A stretch of 64,000 nt of DNA from Terriglobales bacterium (GCA_035716645.1 DASTJH010000052.1:3206-67205); one strand, 5' to 3'. Numbered from the stretch's first letter, positions 26,093 to 37,441 are shown. Numbers and translations: made by a program. The notes: generated from the letters alone by a model not told the origin.

Positions 26093-28405
26093 CTACCCTT
26101 GGGTTAGCAGTGCCGCTCGCGCCAGATTGCGTTCCAGTTGACTCTTGCCTTGCAGGTACTGTGGCGGCCAATCCACCTCGGCGTAGCCTTGCTTCGCGGC
26201 TTCGTGGAGGGTCCAGGCCGAATCTGCCAGGTGCGGGCGCGCAATCGCGCAAAGATCCGCGCGGCCGGAGGCGATGATCGTGTTTACATGATCGCCGTCG
26301 AAGATGTTGCCGACCGCGATTGTGGCGACGCCGACATCGTTGCGAATCTTGTCCGAGAATGGCACCTGAAACATGCGGCCGTAGACCGGTTTCTGATCCG
26401 GAGTGACTTGGCCGGCGGAACAATCGACCACATCCGCACCTGCTTCGAAAAACAGGCGTGCGATGGCCGCAGCGTCATCCGCGGTATTGCCGCCCGGCAT
26501 CCAGTCGGTGGCCGAGATGCGGACGCTCATCGGCTTCTGTTGCGGCCACACGGCGCGCATCGCGCGAAAGACTTCCAGCGGATAGCGGCAGCGATTCTCG
26601 AGACTCCCGCCGTACTCATCGTTCCGCTGATTCGTGAGTGGCGAGAGGAAACTCGACAGAAAGTATCCGTGTGCGCAGTGTAGCTCCAGCCAATCGAAGA
26701 CCGCAGCGATGCCCCGTAGCGTGGCGGACACGTGCTGCTGCTTGATCTGCTCCATATCCTCGCGCGTCGCTTCACGCGGTACCTGCGAGACACCCATGAG
26801 GTACGGAATTGGCGAGGCGGAGATAAGCGGCCAATTGCCACTATTGAGCGGCAGGTCAATGCCTTCCCAACCTCGGCGGGTCGAACCTTTGCGGCCGGAA
26901 TGTCCGAGTTGCAGCGCGATCTTTGCCGTCGTGTGCTCGTGCACGAATTGGACGATGCGCTCCCACGCACGCTGCTGCTCGTCATTCCACAGGCCGGTGC
27001 ACCAGGGCGTAATGCGGCCTTCGGGCGATACGCACGTCATCTCCGTGACAACCATCGCTGCGCCGCCCATCGCGCGCGCGCCAAGGTGGACGAGATGGAA
27101 GTCGGTTGGCACCCCGTCTTCAGCCATGTACGTCGCCATCGGCGAGCAGAGAACGCGGTTCTTGAGCGTGATCCCGCGCGCCGTAAATGGCGTGAACATC
27201 GGCGGGACGGCGCGAGGAACCCCGTTGCGCGCGGCAAACCACGATTCGACGCGCTCGACGTACTTGGGATCGCGCAGCTTGAGGTTTTCGTGGCCGATGC
27301 GCTGACTGCCGGTGAGCAGGCTGTAAGCAAACTGTTCCGGCTCGAGATGCACATAGCGCTCGACATCCTCGAACCACTCCATGCGATTGCGCGCGGCGTT
27401 TTGCAGCTTGAGCGCTTCGAGCTCGCGCTCCTGCTGGTAGCGCTCCAGTGCAGTCGAGAGTGTCGTCCCATTCTGGGAAAGAGAGCGCGCTAAGGCCATC
27501 GCGTCTTCCATGGCCAGCTTCGTGCCAGACCCGATGGAGAAGTGCGCAGTGTGTGCGGCATCCCCGATCAGGACAATGTTCTCGTGATGCCAGCGCTCGC
27601 AGAGCACGCGGTGGAACTTGAGCCACATCGCCGGGCCGCGCAGGTGGCGGGCATTGGAGACGAGTGTATGGCCGTCGAGCCGTTCGGCGAAGAGCCGCTC
27701 GCAGAAAGCGACCGACTCTGCTGTTTCCATTTTGTCGATTCCTGCTTTGAGCCAATTTTTCTCCAGAGTCTCGACGATGAAAGTCGACCAATCATCGTCG
27801 AAGCGGTACGCGTGCAGCGTGAACCAGCCCCACTCGGTCTCGCGGAAATCAAAGGTGAAGGCGTCAAGCTTCTTGCGCGTGCCCAGCCATATAAATCGGT
27901 TGTCGCGCACCTGGATATTGGGGCGTAAGACGTCCTCATATCGTCGTCGCGTGATCGACGAAACTCCGTCCGAGCCTACAACCAAGTCATAGTCGGCGCG
28001 GTACCGCTCCGGATCGCAAACTTCAGTCTCAAAGACCAGCTGCACACCAATTCCAGCCGCGCGCTGTTGAAGGATCTGCAAAAGCTTCATACGGGCAATG
28101 CCGCAGAAACCGTGTCCGCCGGAGGTGATCTTCATTCCCCTAAAGAAAACGTCGATGTCGTCCCAATGACGGAACGCCTGCGTGATCGCCGCGTGTGTCT
28201 CCGGATCGGCCACTTGAAAGCCGCCCATCGTGGCGTCGGAGAAGACCACGCCCCACCCGAAAGTGCTGTCAGCGCGATTGCGCTCAATGACAGTAATTTC
28301 CCAGGTGGGATTCGCCTTCTTGGCGAGAATCGAAAAGTAAAGTCCGGCCGGGCCACCGCCCAGGCACACGATTCTCATCCCATCTCCGTCGAGATGTCGA
28401 TCCAT
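26093..28405 (-). CDS. Bifunctional FAD monooxygenase / old-yellow-enzyme-type oxidoreductase (salicylyl-CoA 5-hydroxylase-like)
   Basis: N-terminal FAD motif [11 protein letters not shown] with an aromatic-hydroxylase-like domain, fused to a C-terminal NADH:flavin oxidoreductase TIM-barrel domain. 770 aa. Confidence 0.7.
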   Translation of the reverse strand: MDRHLDGDGMRIVCLGGGPAGLYFSILAKKANPTWEITVIERNRADSTFGWGVVFSDATMGGFQVADPETHAAITQAFRHWDDIDVFFRGMKITSGGHGFCGIARMKLLQILQQRAAGIGVQLVFETEVCDPERYRADYDLVVGSDGVSSITRRRYEDVLRPNIQVRDNRFIWLGTRKKLDAFTFDFRETEWGWFTLHAYRFDDDWSTFIVETLEKNWLKAGIDKMETAESVAFCERLFAERLDGHTLVSNARHLRGPAMWLKFHRVLCERWHHENIVLIGDAAHTAHFSIGSGTKLAMEDAMALARSLSQNGTTLSTALERYQQERELEALKLQNAARNRMEWFEDVERYVHLEPEQFAYSLLTGSQRIGHENLKLRDPKYVERVESWFAARNGVPRAVPPMFTPFTARGITLKNRVLCSPMATYMAEDGVPTDFHLVHLGARAMGGAAMVVTEMTCVSPEGRITPWCTGLWNDEQQRAWERIVQFVHEHTTAKIALQLGHSGRKGSTRRGWEGIDLPLNSGNWPLISASPIPYLMGVSQVPREATREDMEQIKQQHVSATLRGIAAVFDWLELHCAHGYFLSSFLSPLTNQRNDEYGGSLENRCRYPLEVFRAMRAVWPQQKPMSVRISATDWMPGGNTADDAAAIARLFFEAGADVVDCSAGQVTPDQKPVYGRMFQVPFSDKIRNDVGVATIAVGNIFDGDHVNTIIASGRADLCAIARPHLADSAWTLHEAAKQGYAEVDWPPQYLQGKSQLERNLARAALLTQG

Positions 28406-28863
28406 GGCATGAGTCTCATCGTAGCGGATTTCGAGATTTACACAATCTTTGAGCGGACGAAACGCGAGTGCGTGTGAGCCTTGTATGCATATCGTGGATG
28501 TGCATCTCTAGAGATCCTGGAGAGATCGGAATGTCATGTCGCATGATGGCGTACCCAATGAGCAACATCTCTGGCCTGCTGGGGATTCTAAAAACATTCA
28601 TCCTTCAGGGAAGCTGCTGAAGGCGAATCCTGGCATCATCCGTGGCTCAGTCACGAGCGTCGGGCGAGCTGCGGCCCCGAGTTACCATACAATCCGAACC
28701 ACCGCGCCACCTGTTCATGGAAACGAGTGCGAGCACGTTGCTTTTCCGGAGTGCAAGAAGCAGACACGGACTACATGGATATCTCCGAAGACACGGCGAC
28801 CCGAGTGAGAATGATGGCGGGCCCGCGCCCGAGTTCTCTAGTCGTAACTTTCCCACAGCCCGT

Positions 28864-29589
28864 GTGATCCGTGCTTACTCTGTAGCCCGTGTCGGGTTGT
28901 GGCTGTTCGCTCTCAGCCTCGCCGGTTTCGCGCAAACGCAGAACCCTCCTACGCCCAACACTTCCGTTGTCATCGATGGAGCGACGATCTTCGCACAGCA
29001 GTGTGCGCGGTGTCATGGTGATCGGGGACAGGGAATCACTTCGGTGGTAACGATCCTCGGGCCATCAATACAGGCTGAGCACAATCCTGGCAATGTGATG
29101 ACCGCGATGGAAGTTGGCCCCGAGCACATGCCGCAGTTCCAGTACCTGCTCACGATGCCGCAGATGCACGCAGTGGCCGATTATGTGACGCAGAAGCTCG
29201 CGGTTATTCCCCTTTCGGGAGGTAATCTCGGCTCCGGCGGCGAACTGTTTCGCTTGTACTGCGCGCCCTGTCATAACTCGGCCGCGCGCGGAGGAGCGCT
29301 TGTCTTCACCGGGGTGAACGCCCCGGACATCACCCACAAGTCGGCCGCACTGATTGCGGGCGCAATACGGTGGGGACCAGGGCCAATGCCTCCGTTCCCG
29401 CCCACTGTGATCGACGACAAGCAATTGGCCTCAATCGTGGAGTATGTCCGGTACATGAGGAGCCCGCCGCTACGCGCCGGAACTCCGATGAATTATTACG
29501 GCCCGGTCGCGGAGGGCTTCATTGCCTGGATCGCGATGTTCGTGCTCATCGGCGTCGCCACGCTGATCGAGAAAGGAGGCAAGGGATGA
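28864..29589 (+). CDS. qcrC: Dihaem cytochrome c subunit of a menaquinol-cytochrome c reductase (QcrC-like)
   Basis: Two CXXCH sites (CARCH, CAPCH) and a C-terminal TM anchor. Start GTG 28864 gives a signal-like N-terminus. Start uncertain. Confidence 0.7.
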   Translation: MIRAYSVARVGLWLFALSLAGFAQTQNPPTPNTSVVIDGATIFAQQCARCHGDRGQGITSVVTILGPSIQAEHNPGNVMTAMEVGPEHMPQFQYLLTMPQMHAVADYVTQKLAVIPLSGGNLGSGGELFRLYCAPCHNSAARGGALVFTGVNAPDITHKSAALIAGAIRWGPGPMPPFPPTVIDDKQLASIVEYVRYMRSPPLRAGTPMNYYGPVAEGFIAWIAMFVLIGVATLIEKGGKG

Positions 29590-30626
29590 CACGGAGTTCC
29601 GATTCCAGCGCCCGCGAACCGGGCTGGATGCTGCTGGCCTTGATGCTCGCGGGAAAGTTGTTCCAGTCGTTCGGTCGCATGATAAGCGCGATCTTCCTGC
29701 GGCGACCGGAGAAAACAGTGACCGTGATTGTCGAAGGCGAAGAAGGCCGATCTGCCGATCGCAAAATGGACGTGGACAGCCGCAGCCGCGAGCGTTGGGG
29801 AACATTCTGGGTCGGGCTGTTGTTCCTGATCTCGTTAGCTGCCGGCATTGCGTTTATGGTCGTGTACTGGACCAGCGCGGATATTTTTCCGCTTGGCATT
29901 ACGCTCGCGATTTTCTTCGGCGCATTCGGTTGGGCGCTCGTACTCCACGCTCATCTTCTGATGCGCCAGCGCGAGGCCACGGAAGAGCGCGAGCCGCTGC
30001 CATCGCCGCAGCCCGAGCGCGAAGCTCTGTTCGAAGATCTGCGCGAGAGTAAGCACGAAGTCCAGCGCCGCAGCTTGCTGAAGTGGATGGTCGCCGGCGT
30101 CGTAGGCGTCTTTGCCGCGATGTTTGTATCAGTCCTGCGTTCGCTGGCCACGCCTCCCGAGCCCACGCTCTACAACAACATCTGGAAGCGCGGACAGCGG
30201 CTGATGACCATTGATGGCAAGCCGATGACTGTGAACTCGCTGGAAGTGGGCGCGACGAATACCGTCTTCCCTGAGGACAGCATCGGGTCCGAAGACGGGC
30301 AAACCGTTCTGATCCGCGTGGACGAGCGGCTCCTCGATATGCCGCGCGATCGCGTCAATTGGGCTCCAAGCGGGTACGTTGCCTACTCGCGCGTGTGTAC
30401 CCACGCCGGCTGCTCGGTCGGCCTGTACGAGACGACGACCTGCATGCTGCTGTGTCCCTGCCATCAGTCTACGTTCGATGTGCTGCGAGCGGCGAAGCCG
30501 ACGAGCGGACCCGCCGCGCGTCCGCTGCCGCAGTTGCCGCTCTACGCCGATGCGGATGGAACGTTGCGTGCCGCTGGCGGCTTCTCCGAATTTACCGGTC
30601 CGGGATTTTGGGGGATTCAGCAATGA
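29586..30626 (+). CDS. qcrA: Rieske iron-sulfur subunit (QcrA-like)
   Basis: Rieske boxes CTHAGC and CPCHQS. N-terminal TM helices. ATG 29586 overlaps the qcrC stop (ATGA). Confidence 0.8.
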   Translation: MTRSSDSSAREPGWMLLALMLAGKLFQSFGRMISAIFLRRPEKTVTVIVEGEEGRSADRKMDVDSRSRERWGTFWVGLLFLISLAAGIAFMVVYWTSADIFPLGITLAIFFGAFGWALVLHAHLLMRQREATEEREPLPSPQPEREALFEDLRESKHEVQRRSLLKWMVAGVVGVFAAMFVSVLRSLATPPEPTLYNNIWKRGQRLMTIDGKPMTVNSLEVGATNTVFPEDSIGSEDGQTVLIRVDERLLDMPRDRVNWAPSGYVAYSRVCTHAGCSVGLYETTTCMLLCPCHQSTFDVLRAAKPTSGPAARPLPQLPLYADADGTLRAAGGFSEFTGPGFWGIQQ

Positions 30627-32011
30627 CGGGTCTGTTCAGCCGCATGGTCGGCCGCTGGTTCGACTCGCGCCTGCATCTCGCGAAGTTCGTGCGCAAGGCG
30701 GTGAACCACGTCTTTCCCGACCACTGGTCGTTCCTGCTCGGCGAGATCGCGATGTACTCCTTCATCATTCTTGTGATCACCGGCGCGTTTCTTGCCCTGT
30801 TCTTCAATGCCAGCGCCGCAAAGGTGGTCTATCACGGATCGTATGCCGGCTTGCAAGGCGTGCACATGTCGGCTGCTTACAAATCGGCGATCGACATCAG
30901 CTTCGACGTGCGCGGCGGGCTGCTCGTTCGCCAGATGCACCACTGGGCAGCGCTGATCTTCGTCTGCGCCATTGTCACGCACATTGCGCGCATCTTTTTC
31001 ACGGCCGCGTATCGCCGTCCACGCGAGATCAACTGGATCATCGGTCTTACGCTCCTGCTGCTTGCGCTGGGCAATGGCTACTTCGGCTACTCGATCCCCG
31101 GCGATTTACTCTCCGGCGCCGGGCTCCGCGTCGCCTACTCGATTACTATCTCCGTACCGATCATCGGCCCGTGGCTCGCTTATGTCTTCCTCGGCGGGAA
31201 CATTCCGTCGGACATGACCATTCCCCGCATGTATGGCTGGCACATCTTCCTCGTCCCAGCGCTGATTTCGATTTTATTAGGGCTCCATCTCGGGATCATC
31301 TGGAGGCAGAAGCACACGAATTATCCCGGTCCGCGACGCACGGATGCCACCATTGTCGGCTCGCGTTTATGGCCGTCCTACACGGCGAAGTCGCTGGGTT
31401 TGTTTTTTCTCCTGTTTGGCCTGGTCGCCCTGCTCGGGGCTTTGGTGCAGATCGATCCGATTTGGGTCTATGGACCGTACGACCCGGCCGCTGCCTCCCC
31501 GGGAGCGCAGCCGGACTGGTATCTGGGCTGGATCGAAGGCGCGATGAGAATGTTCCCCGCGGTCAATCTCCATTTTTGGAACTGGCTCGTTCCTGAAGTC
31601 TTCTTTCCGGCGTTCCTCTTTCCTTGCCTGGTGTTCCTTGCGCTGTATCTCTTTCCCTTTTTTGAACGATTCATCTCGCTCGATCGCCAGCCGCATAACG
31701 TCCTGCGCCTGCCGTATCAGCAGCCGTTCAACACGGCATTTGGATGCGGCGCGTTCATCTTCTTCCTGACGCTCTTATTCGCGGGCAGCGACGACGTGAT
31801 CGCCGTCGCCACCGGAGGATCGGTCGTGATCATTCGCGCGGCCCTGCGCACCGCTTTCTTCGTTGCGCCGCCGCTGACGTTTGCGCTGGTGTACCTGCTG
31901 TGCAAGCGAAAAAACAGGCGCTCTGAATCCGCGGCAACGCTGATGGCAGAAAATCCCATTCTGGAAGACGAGCCGACGGCGAGTGCACTGGAGTTCGAGA
32001 AACCGGTCTAA
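30623..32011 (+). CDS. qcrB: Cytochrome b subunit (QcrB-like)
   Basis: VFPDHWSFLLGEIAMYSF...RQMHHWAA matches the cytochrome b N-terminal domain. Multiple TM helices. ATG 30623 overlaps the qcrA stop. Confidence 0.8.
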   Translation: MTGLFSRMVGRWFDSRLHLAKFVRKAVNHVFPDHWSFLLGEIAMYSFIILVITGAFLALFFNASAAKVVYHGSYAGLQGVHMSAAYKSAIDISFDVRGGLLVRQMHHWAALIFVCAIVTHIARIFFTAAYRRPREINWIIGLTLLLLALGNGYFGYSIPGDLLSGAGLRVAYSITISVPIIGPWLAYVFLGGNIPSDMTIPRMYGWHIFLVPALISILLGLHLGIIWRQKHTNYPGPRRTDATIVGSRLWPSYTAKSLGLFFLLFGLVALLGALVQIDPIWVYGPYDPAAASPGAQPDWYLGWIEGAMRMFPAVNLHFWNWLVPEVFFPAFLFPCLVFLALYLFPFFERFISLDRQPHNVLRLPYQQPFNTAFGCGAFIFFLTLLFAGSDDVIAVATGGSVVIIRAALRTAFFVAPPLTFALVYLLCKRKNRRSESAATLMAENPILEDEPTASALEFEKPV

Positions 32012-32130
32012 GCAGTCACCGGTTTCCACGTTGCCTCGCAAATTCGTATTCTGCTCGATTGTTTGTGGCAACAGATCGTGTCTCTAAACTCTCCTACCTA
32101 CAAGAGGTCCTGATTTTCAGGAGGGTGGAT

Positions 32131-32700
32131 ATGCATAGGTTTTTCACGCTGGCCGCAGCGTGCTTGATCAGCGGCGCGATGGCCTTTGGACAGAGTGCCG
32201 CGACTACGCCGGCTCCCGATACGCAAAGCAGCGCCGTTTCCGGCGCGCAAACGACGGCGCCAACGCGTAATGGACGCGCGGCTACAAGAGATAACCAGGC
32301 GTTACCGGGGAACACGAATCCGGCCAACGCCGCTGCGGATAATGGAACCGCGAATGGCCAGGCAGTAGCGCCGGACCAGAATGGGAATGCCGCGAAGACG
32401 AATCCCAATGCGGGAAACGATAATAACGGCATGACTCCCGATCAGAATGGCAACAATATGGCCAGCGGTCGCGGTCCGCAGACGTTCACCAGTCCTCATA
32501 CGGGAGGTACTATGCAGTGGTTCTGGATTGCTCTGGGCATTATCGTCGGCCTATTCGTAATAGGCTTAATCTTTGCACGCTCTCGGCCGCGCGCGGCCAT
32601 CGATCGCAACGATCCGGCCGTTCGTGCCACGCAGGATCGCAATGATGTGAGCCGCAATGATGCGAATCGCCGAGACGGCGGCATTCGCAAGGTGAGCTAA
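32131..32700 (+). CDS. Low-complexity Asn/Gly/Ala/Thr-rich exported protein with a C-terminal TM anchor
   Basis: GGAGGG lies upstream of ATG 32131. Signal peptide, about 110 aa of N/G/A/T/P-rich sequence, TM helix WFWIALGIIVGLFVIGLIF, and a basic tail. Confidence 0.55.
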   Translation: MHRFFTLAAACLISGAMAFGQSAATTPAPDTQSSAVSGAQTTAPTRNGRAATRDNQALPGNTNPANAAADNGTANGQAVAPDQNGNAAKTNPNAGNDNNGMTPDQNGNNMASGRGPQTFTSPHTGGTMQWFWIALGIIVGLFVIGLIFARSRPRAAIDRNDPAVRATQDRNDVSRNDANRRDGGIRKVS

Positions 32701-32783
32701 CCAACATTTAACCCACACTCGATGGAGACGCAACCCTCACTAGGGGGCTGCGTCTCTACTTCGTAAAACGTGTGTCCTTCGTG

Positions 32784-33320
32784 TCACGCAACGAGGCGGA
32801 CTTGCTCGTTGCTCTTTTCTGGTTTCTCTGGAGCCTTTTGCCGCGCGCGCACTCTACGCAGCGGTTCGCCTAAGATCGTGATTAACACCACGCCGGCGAT
32901 GATGGCCAGAGCATCGCGCGTAGTCTGCATCGAGCCAAGAGCGACCAATAGGGTGGTAGCCGTTGCAGCCGGTTGTTTGGCTTTCAGCAACATCGTTCCC
33001 AACGTGGTGAGCAGAACGGAAACCACGATAGCCCAAAGACGCGCAGCGGTAATCGTGCCCGTGCTCAGCACCTTCGGCTCATTCCAAGCATTAAAGATGT
33101 AAACAGCCAAAAATCCTGCGCCCAAGCCGACGAGATGACCGATGAGGACGTTGTAAGGACGCGAGCTCTTCGAGTGTGGCTGGTCTACTTGTTCGTAGGC
33201 TGTGGGCCCGAGGCTGGCAAAGACAAGCGGCTGATGCGCCGCCCATCCTATCGCGCCGATCGCCAGCAGAAGAGCGCCTTCGCCCAAAGCCTCGAATGCC
33301 AATTTCCCCGATTTCTCCAT
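32784..33320 (-). CDS. HPP-family membrane protein
   Basis: ASLGPTAYEQ...LIGHLVGLGAGF...QPAATATTLLVALG matches HPP-family conserved segments. Confidence 0.6.
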   Translation of the reverse strand: MEKSGKLAFEALGEGALLLAIGAIGWAAHQPLVFASLGPTAYEQVDQPHSKSSRPYNVLIGHLVGLGAGFLAVYIFNAWNEPKVLSTGTITAARLWAIVVSVLLTTLGTMLLKAKQPAATATTLLVALGSMQTTRDALAIIAGVVLITILGEPLRRVRARQKAPEKPEKSNEQVRLVA

Positions 33321-33432
33321 GAGGACTCCATTCCGGGTCGCGGCAAAGCAGCACCAATCCAGTGACAACGACCCGAGTCACGCACATTAGATGAAGAAAA
33401 TGGCTGTCACGGAGAGGGTAGTCAGGCAAGGA

Positions 33433-33912
33433 TCAATTTGTGATGGCAATCGAATCGCCGGTCTGGTGGTCCTGAATCTGAAAGCGCAGGAAGTTGTGGA
33501 TGGCCTTCACGGCTTCAGGATTTCCGCTCGATATCGAGATGCGGCTGCCATTCGGTTCGTCCTGCACACGGTAACTAATCTGCTTGCGCAGCTTTTTCAT
33601 CGTGGACACGCCCGGCGGAACGTGATCGTGAATCAGCATAGGCGCATTGAAGTCGCCGCTGGCGAACATCGTCGCAATGTGCTCGAAATGCGTATGAATT
33701 TCTTCGCGGCTCTTCGCGTCTGCGGAGTCGGAAGCGAGAGCCTCGATGATTCCACCGTCTGTTGTCAGCTGGAAGTGATGAACAGTTTGTTCATGGGAGA
33801 AGCCCATCACGTGATCGCCGCGCGCGACTACGCCGGCATGGTGCGCGTCGGTCTGCTGCGCTGATGCAGCTATCGCGGAAACGAACAGTAAAAGAAAAGC
33901 TCTTCGGATCAT
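33433..33912 (-). CDS. Secreted His-rich protein of unknown function
   Basis: Signal peptide MIRRAFLLLFVSAIAASAQ. HHAGVVARGDHVMGF...HHF...IHTHFEHIATMF...IHDHVPPG. The upstream part of ORF 33433..34176 is repeat-derived. Confidence 0.6.
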   Translation of the reverse strand: MIRRAFLLLFVSAIAASAQQTDAHHAGVVARGDHVMGFSHEQTVHHFQLTTDGGIIEALASDSADAKSREEIHTHFEHIATMFASGDFNAPMLIHDHVPPGVSTMKKLRKQISYRVQDEPNGSRISISSGNPEAVKAIHNFLRFQIQDHQTGDSIAITN

Positions 33913-34038
33913 GGTGTCTGCCGCATTGGACGAACACGCCACTCGATTGTCAACATATGGATATATGCAAACGGGATGAGATTTCTTAAGCTGCGATTCT
34001 CGTACACAGTGCCCTAAGCACAACGCAGCCACAGAGGT

Positions 34039-34149
34039 TGTCATCCTGAACGGAGGCGCGTCTTTTGCGCCGGAGTGAAGGACCTTGTGGTTGCCTTTGT
34101 GTGAGGCCGCGAAAACGCAAGGTCCTTCGCGCAAGCGCTCAGGATGACA
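34039..34149. repeat. GTCATCCTGA-family paired-arm element
   Basis: TGTCATCCTGAACGGAGGCGCGTCTTTTGCGCCGGAGTGAAGGACCTTG is inverted as CAAGGTCCTTCGCGCAAGCGCTCAGGATGACA. Confidence 0.8.
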
Positions 34150-34182
34150 AGGTGGTTGAAAGCCTGCGAGACACACGAGATT

Positions 34183-35904
34183 TTATTCCACGAACGTTCC
34201 CATGATGTCGTTCAGCGAGATCATGCCTACGAGCTGTCGCGGATCGGCGCGGTGCAGAACGGGCAGAAACGGCCAGTGGGCGACGTGGCGCAGCGCGACT
34301 TCGATGCGGTTGTCAGGATAGATTTGCGGCATTCGGCTTTCAGGCAACAGATGGGCGAGCGTCACCTTGTCTTTCCCATTTTCGGAAGTCTTGCGCAACG
34401 ATTCGACGCTGAGGCTCGCCCAGCCAAACGGCGGATCGTCGATGAGAACGTCGCCGGCATGATGCTCTTCCGCCAGACGCAGAGCTTCGGCGACGCTTTG
34501 CTGTGAGTCGACTACGGGCACGCTGACCGGATGCATCGCGTCCTCCACGCGCACCACTCGCTCCTCGCGCTCTTCTTCCATCGACGGCAGCTCGATACCA
34601 TCCTGCCGGCTGAGCATGTCGAAGATCGGCACCGGCTGAAGATTGCGTGAGATCAGGTACGCAATCGTGTTGGCTATGATGACCGGCACGATGATCGAAT
34701 AGTTCCCGCTGACTTCCAGCACCATGAAGACCGAGGTCATCGGCACGCGCAAGAATGCGGCGAATAAAACGCCCATGCCGACCAGGCAGTACGTTCCGAT
34801 CGATCCGGTGAGGTGGGGAAAGAGCAGACGCTCGACTCCCCCGACCGCGCCCCCGAGCATTGCGCCGATGAAGAGTGTCGGCGCGAACATGCCGCCGGGT
34901 GTTCCACTGACGAAGGAAAGCACGGTGCTCAGGATTTTCAGTCCGGCGAGGATGCCCATTACTTGCCAGGTGAACTGATCGTGCAGCGCCTGATCCATGA
35001 AGTCATAGCCGGCGCCCATGACCTCGGGACGTCCGGCAAGTCCGATAGCGCCGATGATCAGACCCGCGAGCGCAGGCTGCAGAAATTGCGTCCATCGCGG
35101 CATGGCCTTCATGCGCGGACGAAGAAGCTCAATGCCTTTCGCGAAGACTACCGATCCGAACGCGCCGACGATTCCCAAAGCGGCATAGGCGAAAAGCTCG
35201 GTGGGCTGAATGAACTCAACTGGAGGAATGCGGAAGAGCGGCTCAGAACCAAGAAAGTAGCGAGCCACAACAACGCTCGAAACTGCCGAGAGCACGACCG
35301 CGCCAAAGATGCCGGCGCTCCATCGTCCGATCACTTCCTCGATTACAAACAACACGGCAGAAATCGGAGCATTGAACGCCGCCGACAATCCTGCTGCCGC
35401 GCCGATGGGAGCGATTAAACGCAGACGCTCGCGATTGAGCTTGAGCCGTCTGCCGAGCGCCGAGGCGATCGACGCGCCGATCTGCAACGATGGATCTTCG
35501 GGACCGAGCGACTGTCCTGATCCGATCGCCAGTCCCGAACAAATGAATTTGCCGATGGCGGTTTTGAACGGAATAAATCCGTCGTAGATGTAAAGCGCGG
35601 ACTTCGTCTGATTCACGCCGCTGCCGCGCGTTTTCGGAAACAGGAAAATCACGAGAACAGCGATGAGCAGTCCCGTAAGCGCAGGCGCAAGCAGAATGCG
35701 CGGAAAGCTCGGAGAGACCGACGATCCCAGCAACGTGATACGGACAAACTCAATCGAGATGCGAAAGCAGACAACGGCCAGCCCGGAAAACACGCCGATA
35801 AAAATCGCGAGCAGCAGAAAGAATTTCTCGCCGCGTGCTGGTGAGGGCACAGGGGCAACCGGCTCCGCGGGAGCAACGACAACTGTGGGCTCGCCGGCGC
35901 TCAT
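34183..35904 (-). CDS. ClC-family chloride channel / H+-Cl- antiporter with a C-terminal CBS pair
   Basis: GSGVNQ, GPEDPSLQIG and GTPGGMFAPTLFIGA selectivity-filter motifs. C-terminal CBS-like region. Confidence 0.85.
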   Translation of the reverse strand: MSAGEPTVVVAPAEPVAPVPSPARGEKFFLLLAIFIGVFSGLAVVCFRISIEFVRITLLGSSVSPSFPRILLAPALTGLLIAVLVIFLFPKTRGSGVNQTKSALYIYDGFIPFKTAIGKFICSGLAIGSGQSLGPEDPSLQIGASIASALGRRLKLNRERLRLIAPIGAAAGLSAAFNAPISAVLFVIEEVIGRWSAGIFGAVVLSAVSSVVVARYFLGSEPLFRIPPVEFIQPTELFAYAALGIVGAFGSVVFAKGIELLRPRMKAMPRWTQFLQPALAGLIIGAIGLAGRPEVMGAGYDFMDQALHDQFTWQVMGILAGLKILSTVLSFVSGTPGGMFAPTLFIGAMLGGAVGGVERLLFPHLTGSIGTYCLVGMGVLFAAFLRVPMTSVFMVLEVSGNYSIIVPVIIANTIAYLISRNLQPVPIFDMLSRQDGIELPSMEEEREERVVRVEDAMHPVSVPVVDSQQSVAEALRLAEEHHAGDVLIDDPPFGWASLSVESLRKTSENGKDKVTLAHLLPESRMPQIYPDNRIEVALRHVAHWPFLPVLHRADPRQLVGMISLNDIMGTFVE

Positions 35905-37064
35905 GGTTGCAGCTCCGCGTTTTCGTAAATTAGTTGCACGGCCTTATCGGTATCTGTGAACGGACCGCAAGCGGTCTGCTGTTCGACGCTGTTAATCAAT
36001 TGCGTAATGGGCCCAAGCCAGAGCGACGCGTCCGTGCGCGTTTGCCGAAGCTGGCGATCGAGCTGCATCCATTGCGTGCGCTCCGTCTGCACCGCAGCCG
36101 TTTGCGCCGCGTTCAACGGCGGATGCTGACCCTGCTCGCATTGCCGAAGACGTCGGTCGGCGACATCCATCGAGAGCACCAGGCGATCCTTGCGCTGTTT
36201 GACGGAAAGCGCGCTTTCGAACGGATTCATGTCGAGCACCATGCTGGTGAGTTGCAGCATGCGTTGCGTATTCGCGTCATCGCGAATCGCGGCCGCGCGC
36301 CGGAAGTAGCGGAGCGCTTGCCGATACTGCTCGAGCCGGAATGCCGCCTGGCCAGCGCCGAAGAGCGCATCGGGATTGCGGCGATCGACGCGCAAACTCG
36401 CGTCATAGAAGCCGAGCGCGTTGCGATCGTCGCCGAGTCGTCCGAACGCCTGCGCAAGCCAGAGGTCGGACTGTGGGGACTTCGTCATCTCTGCGCTCAG
36501 CGTCAGAAGCTCGCCGCGAGCTTGCGTCGTGAGTCCTTTGTCCGTGAGAAAGCTGATGAACTCTTTGCGCACCTGCTCGCGCTGCGCGACAGGATCGGAC
36601 TCCCACGCTCCATAGACTGCAGCATTGAAGTAGCGCATCGCACGATTCACGTCTCCGCGATTGGCTTCGAGGTGCGCAAGTTCCAGATTGACCGGACCGC
36701 TGCCCGGCTGCTGATCCAGCAGGCTGAGAAAATAGGCGCGCGCTTCGGGAATGCGGTGATCGGCTTCCAGCGCCCTCCCGAGTGCAAAAAGATACTCCTG
36801 ATTCTGGTGCGAATAGATAAGCGCAGTGCGCAGATCGGCGACAGCATCTTTCGCTTGGCCCTGGCTCAAGGCCTGCTGCCCTCGCTCAAACCAATCGACG
36901 CTCATTTGCTGCTGCCGCTGCGCGTAGGCACGCTCGAAGAAGAACGTAACCGCAAAGAAAAGGACAGCAATAACCGTGAGCCAGACAAAATGAATGCCGC
37001 GAAAGCGGCGGATTCTACCCGCAAAAAGAAAAGGCGACCATCGCCGCTGGGGGAGAGTGTCCAT
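35901..37064 (-). CDS. Membrane-anchored TPR-repeat protein
   Basis: N-terminal TM helix followed by repeated TPR-like A..Y/F..AL helices. Overlaps the ClC start by 4 nt. Confidence 0.6.
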   Translation of the reverse strand: MDTLPQRRWSPFLFAGRIRRFRGIHFVWLTVIAVLFFAVTFFFERAYAQRQQQMSVDWFERGQQALSQGQAKDAVADLRTALIYSHQNQEYLFALGRALEADHRIPEARAYFLSLLDQQPGSGPVNLELAHLEANRGDVNRAMRYFNAAVYGAWESDPVAQREQVRKEFISFLTDKGLTTQARGELLTLSAEMTKSPQSDLWLAQAFGRLGDDRNALGFYDASLRVDRRNPDALFGAGQAAFRLEQYRQALRYFRRAAAIRDDANTQRMLQLTSMVLDMNPFESALSVKQRKDRLVLSMDVADRRLRQCEQGQHPPLNAAQTAAVQTERTQWMQLDRQLRQTRTDASLWLGPITQLINSVEQQTACGPFTDTDKAVQLIYENAELQP

Positions 37065-37249
37065 CAGGTGTGGTTACAACATAGCATTCCGGAGTCTGGC
37101 CGCTGATGGTCACAAGTACACGACCGTCAGGAACTTAGAGCGATTTTCATTGTCTAACTTGCTGATTGCGTGGAGAATACGCTTGCGAACGGCTTGGCGC
37201 CAGCCGCATCTATTTAAGCAAAGCCGCAACCAGCGGCGAAAGCAGACAG

Positions 37250-37441
37250 ATGAATATCGACGAAAGACTCGAAAAGTTGACGGAGCGTCACGAGGCTTTG
37301 AGCCAGACAGTCGAAATTCTGAGCCGCGACATAGTGAACATGCAGGGTTTCATCAAAGACATCGCGGAATCCACGGCCAGACTTCTGCACATCGCGCAAA
37401 TTCGCGAGCATCGGATCTCGAAATTGGAAGGCGGCGATTAG
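37250..37441 (+). CDS. Small coiled-coil hypothetical protein
   Basis: 63-aa ORF MNIDERLEKLTERHEALSQTVEIL... with heptad-like pattern. A terminator-like hairpin follows. Confidence 0.4.
   Translation: MNIDERLEKLTERHEALSQTVEILSRDIVNMQGFIKDIAESTARLLHIAQIREHRISKLEGGD

Noticed and set aside
28406-28863. A 458-bp gap between the divergent monooxygenase and qcrC genes, examined for repeats or RNA motifs.
   Set aside because: I could not see any repeat family member, a convincing hairpin or a conserved motif. It is probably an ordinary divergent promoter region with an uncertain qcrC start.
33913-34176. N-terminal extension of the His-rich secreted protein (ORF 33433..34176).
   Set aside because: The extension is translated from repeat element 34039-34149 (peptide CHPERLREGP). 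A clean signal peptide begins at ATG 33912.
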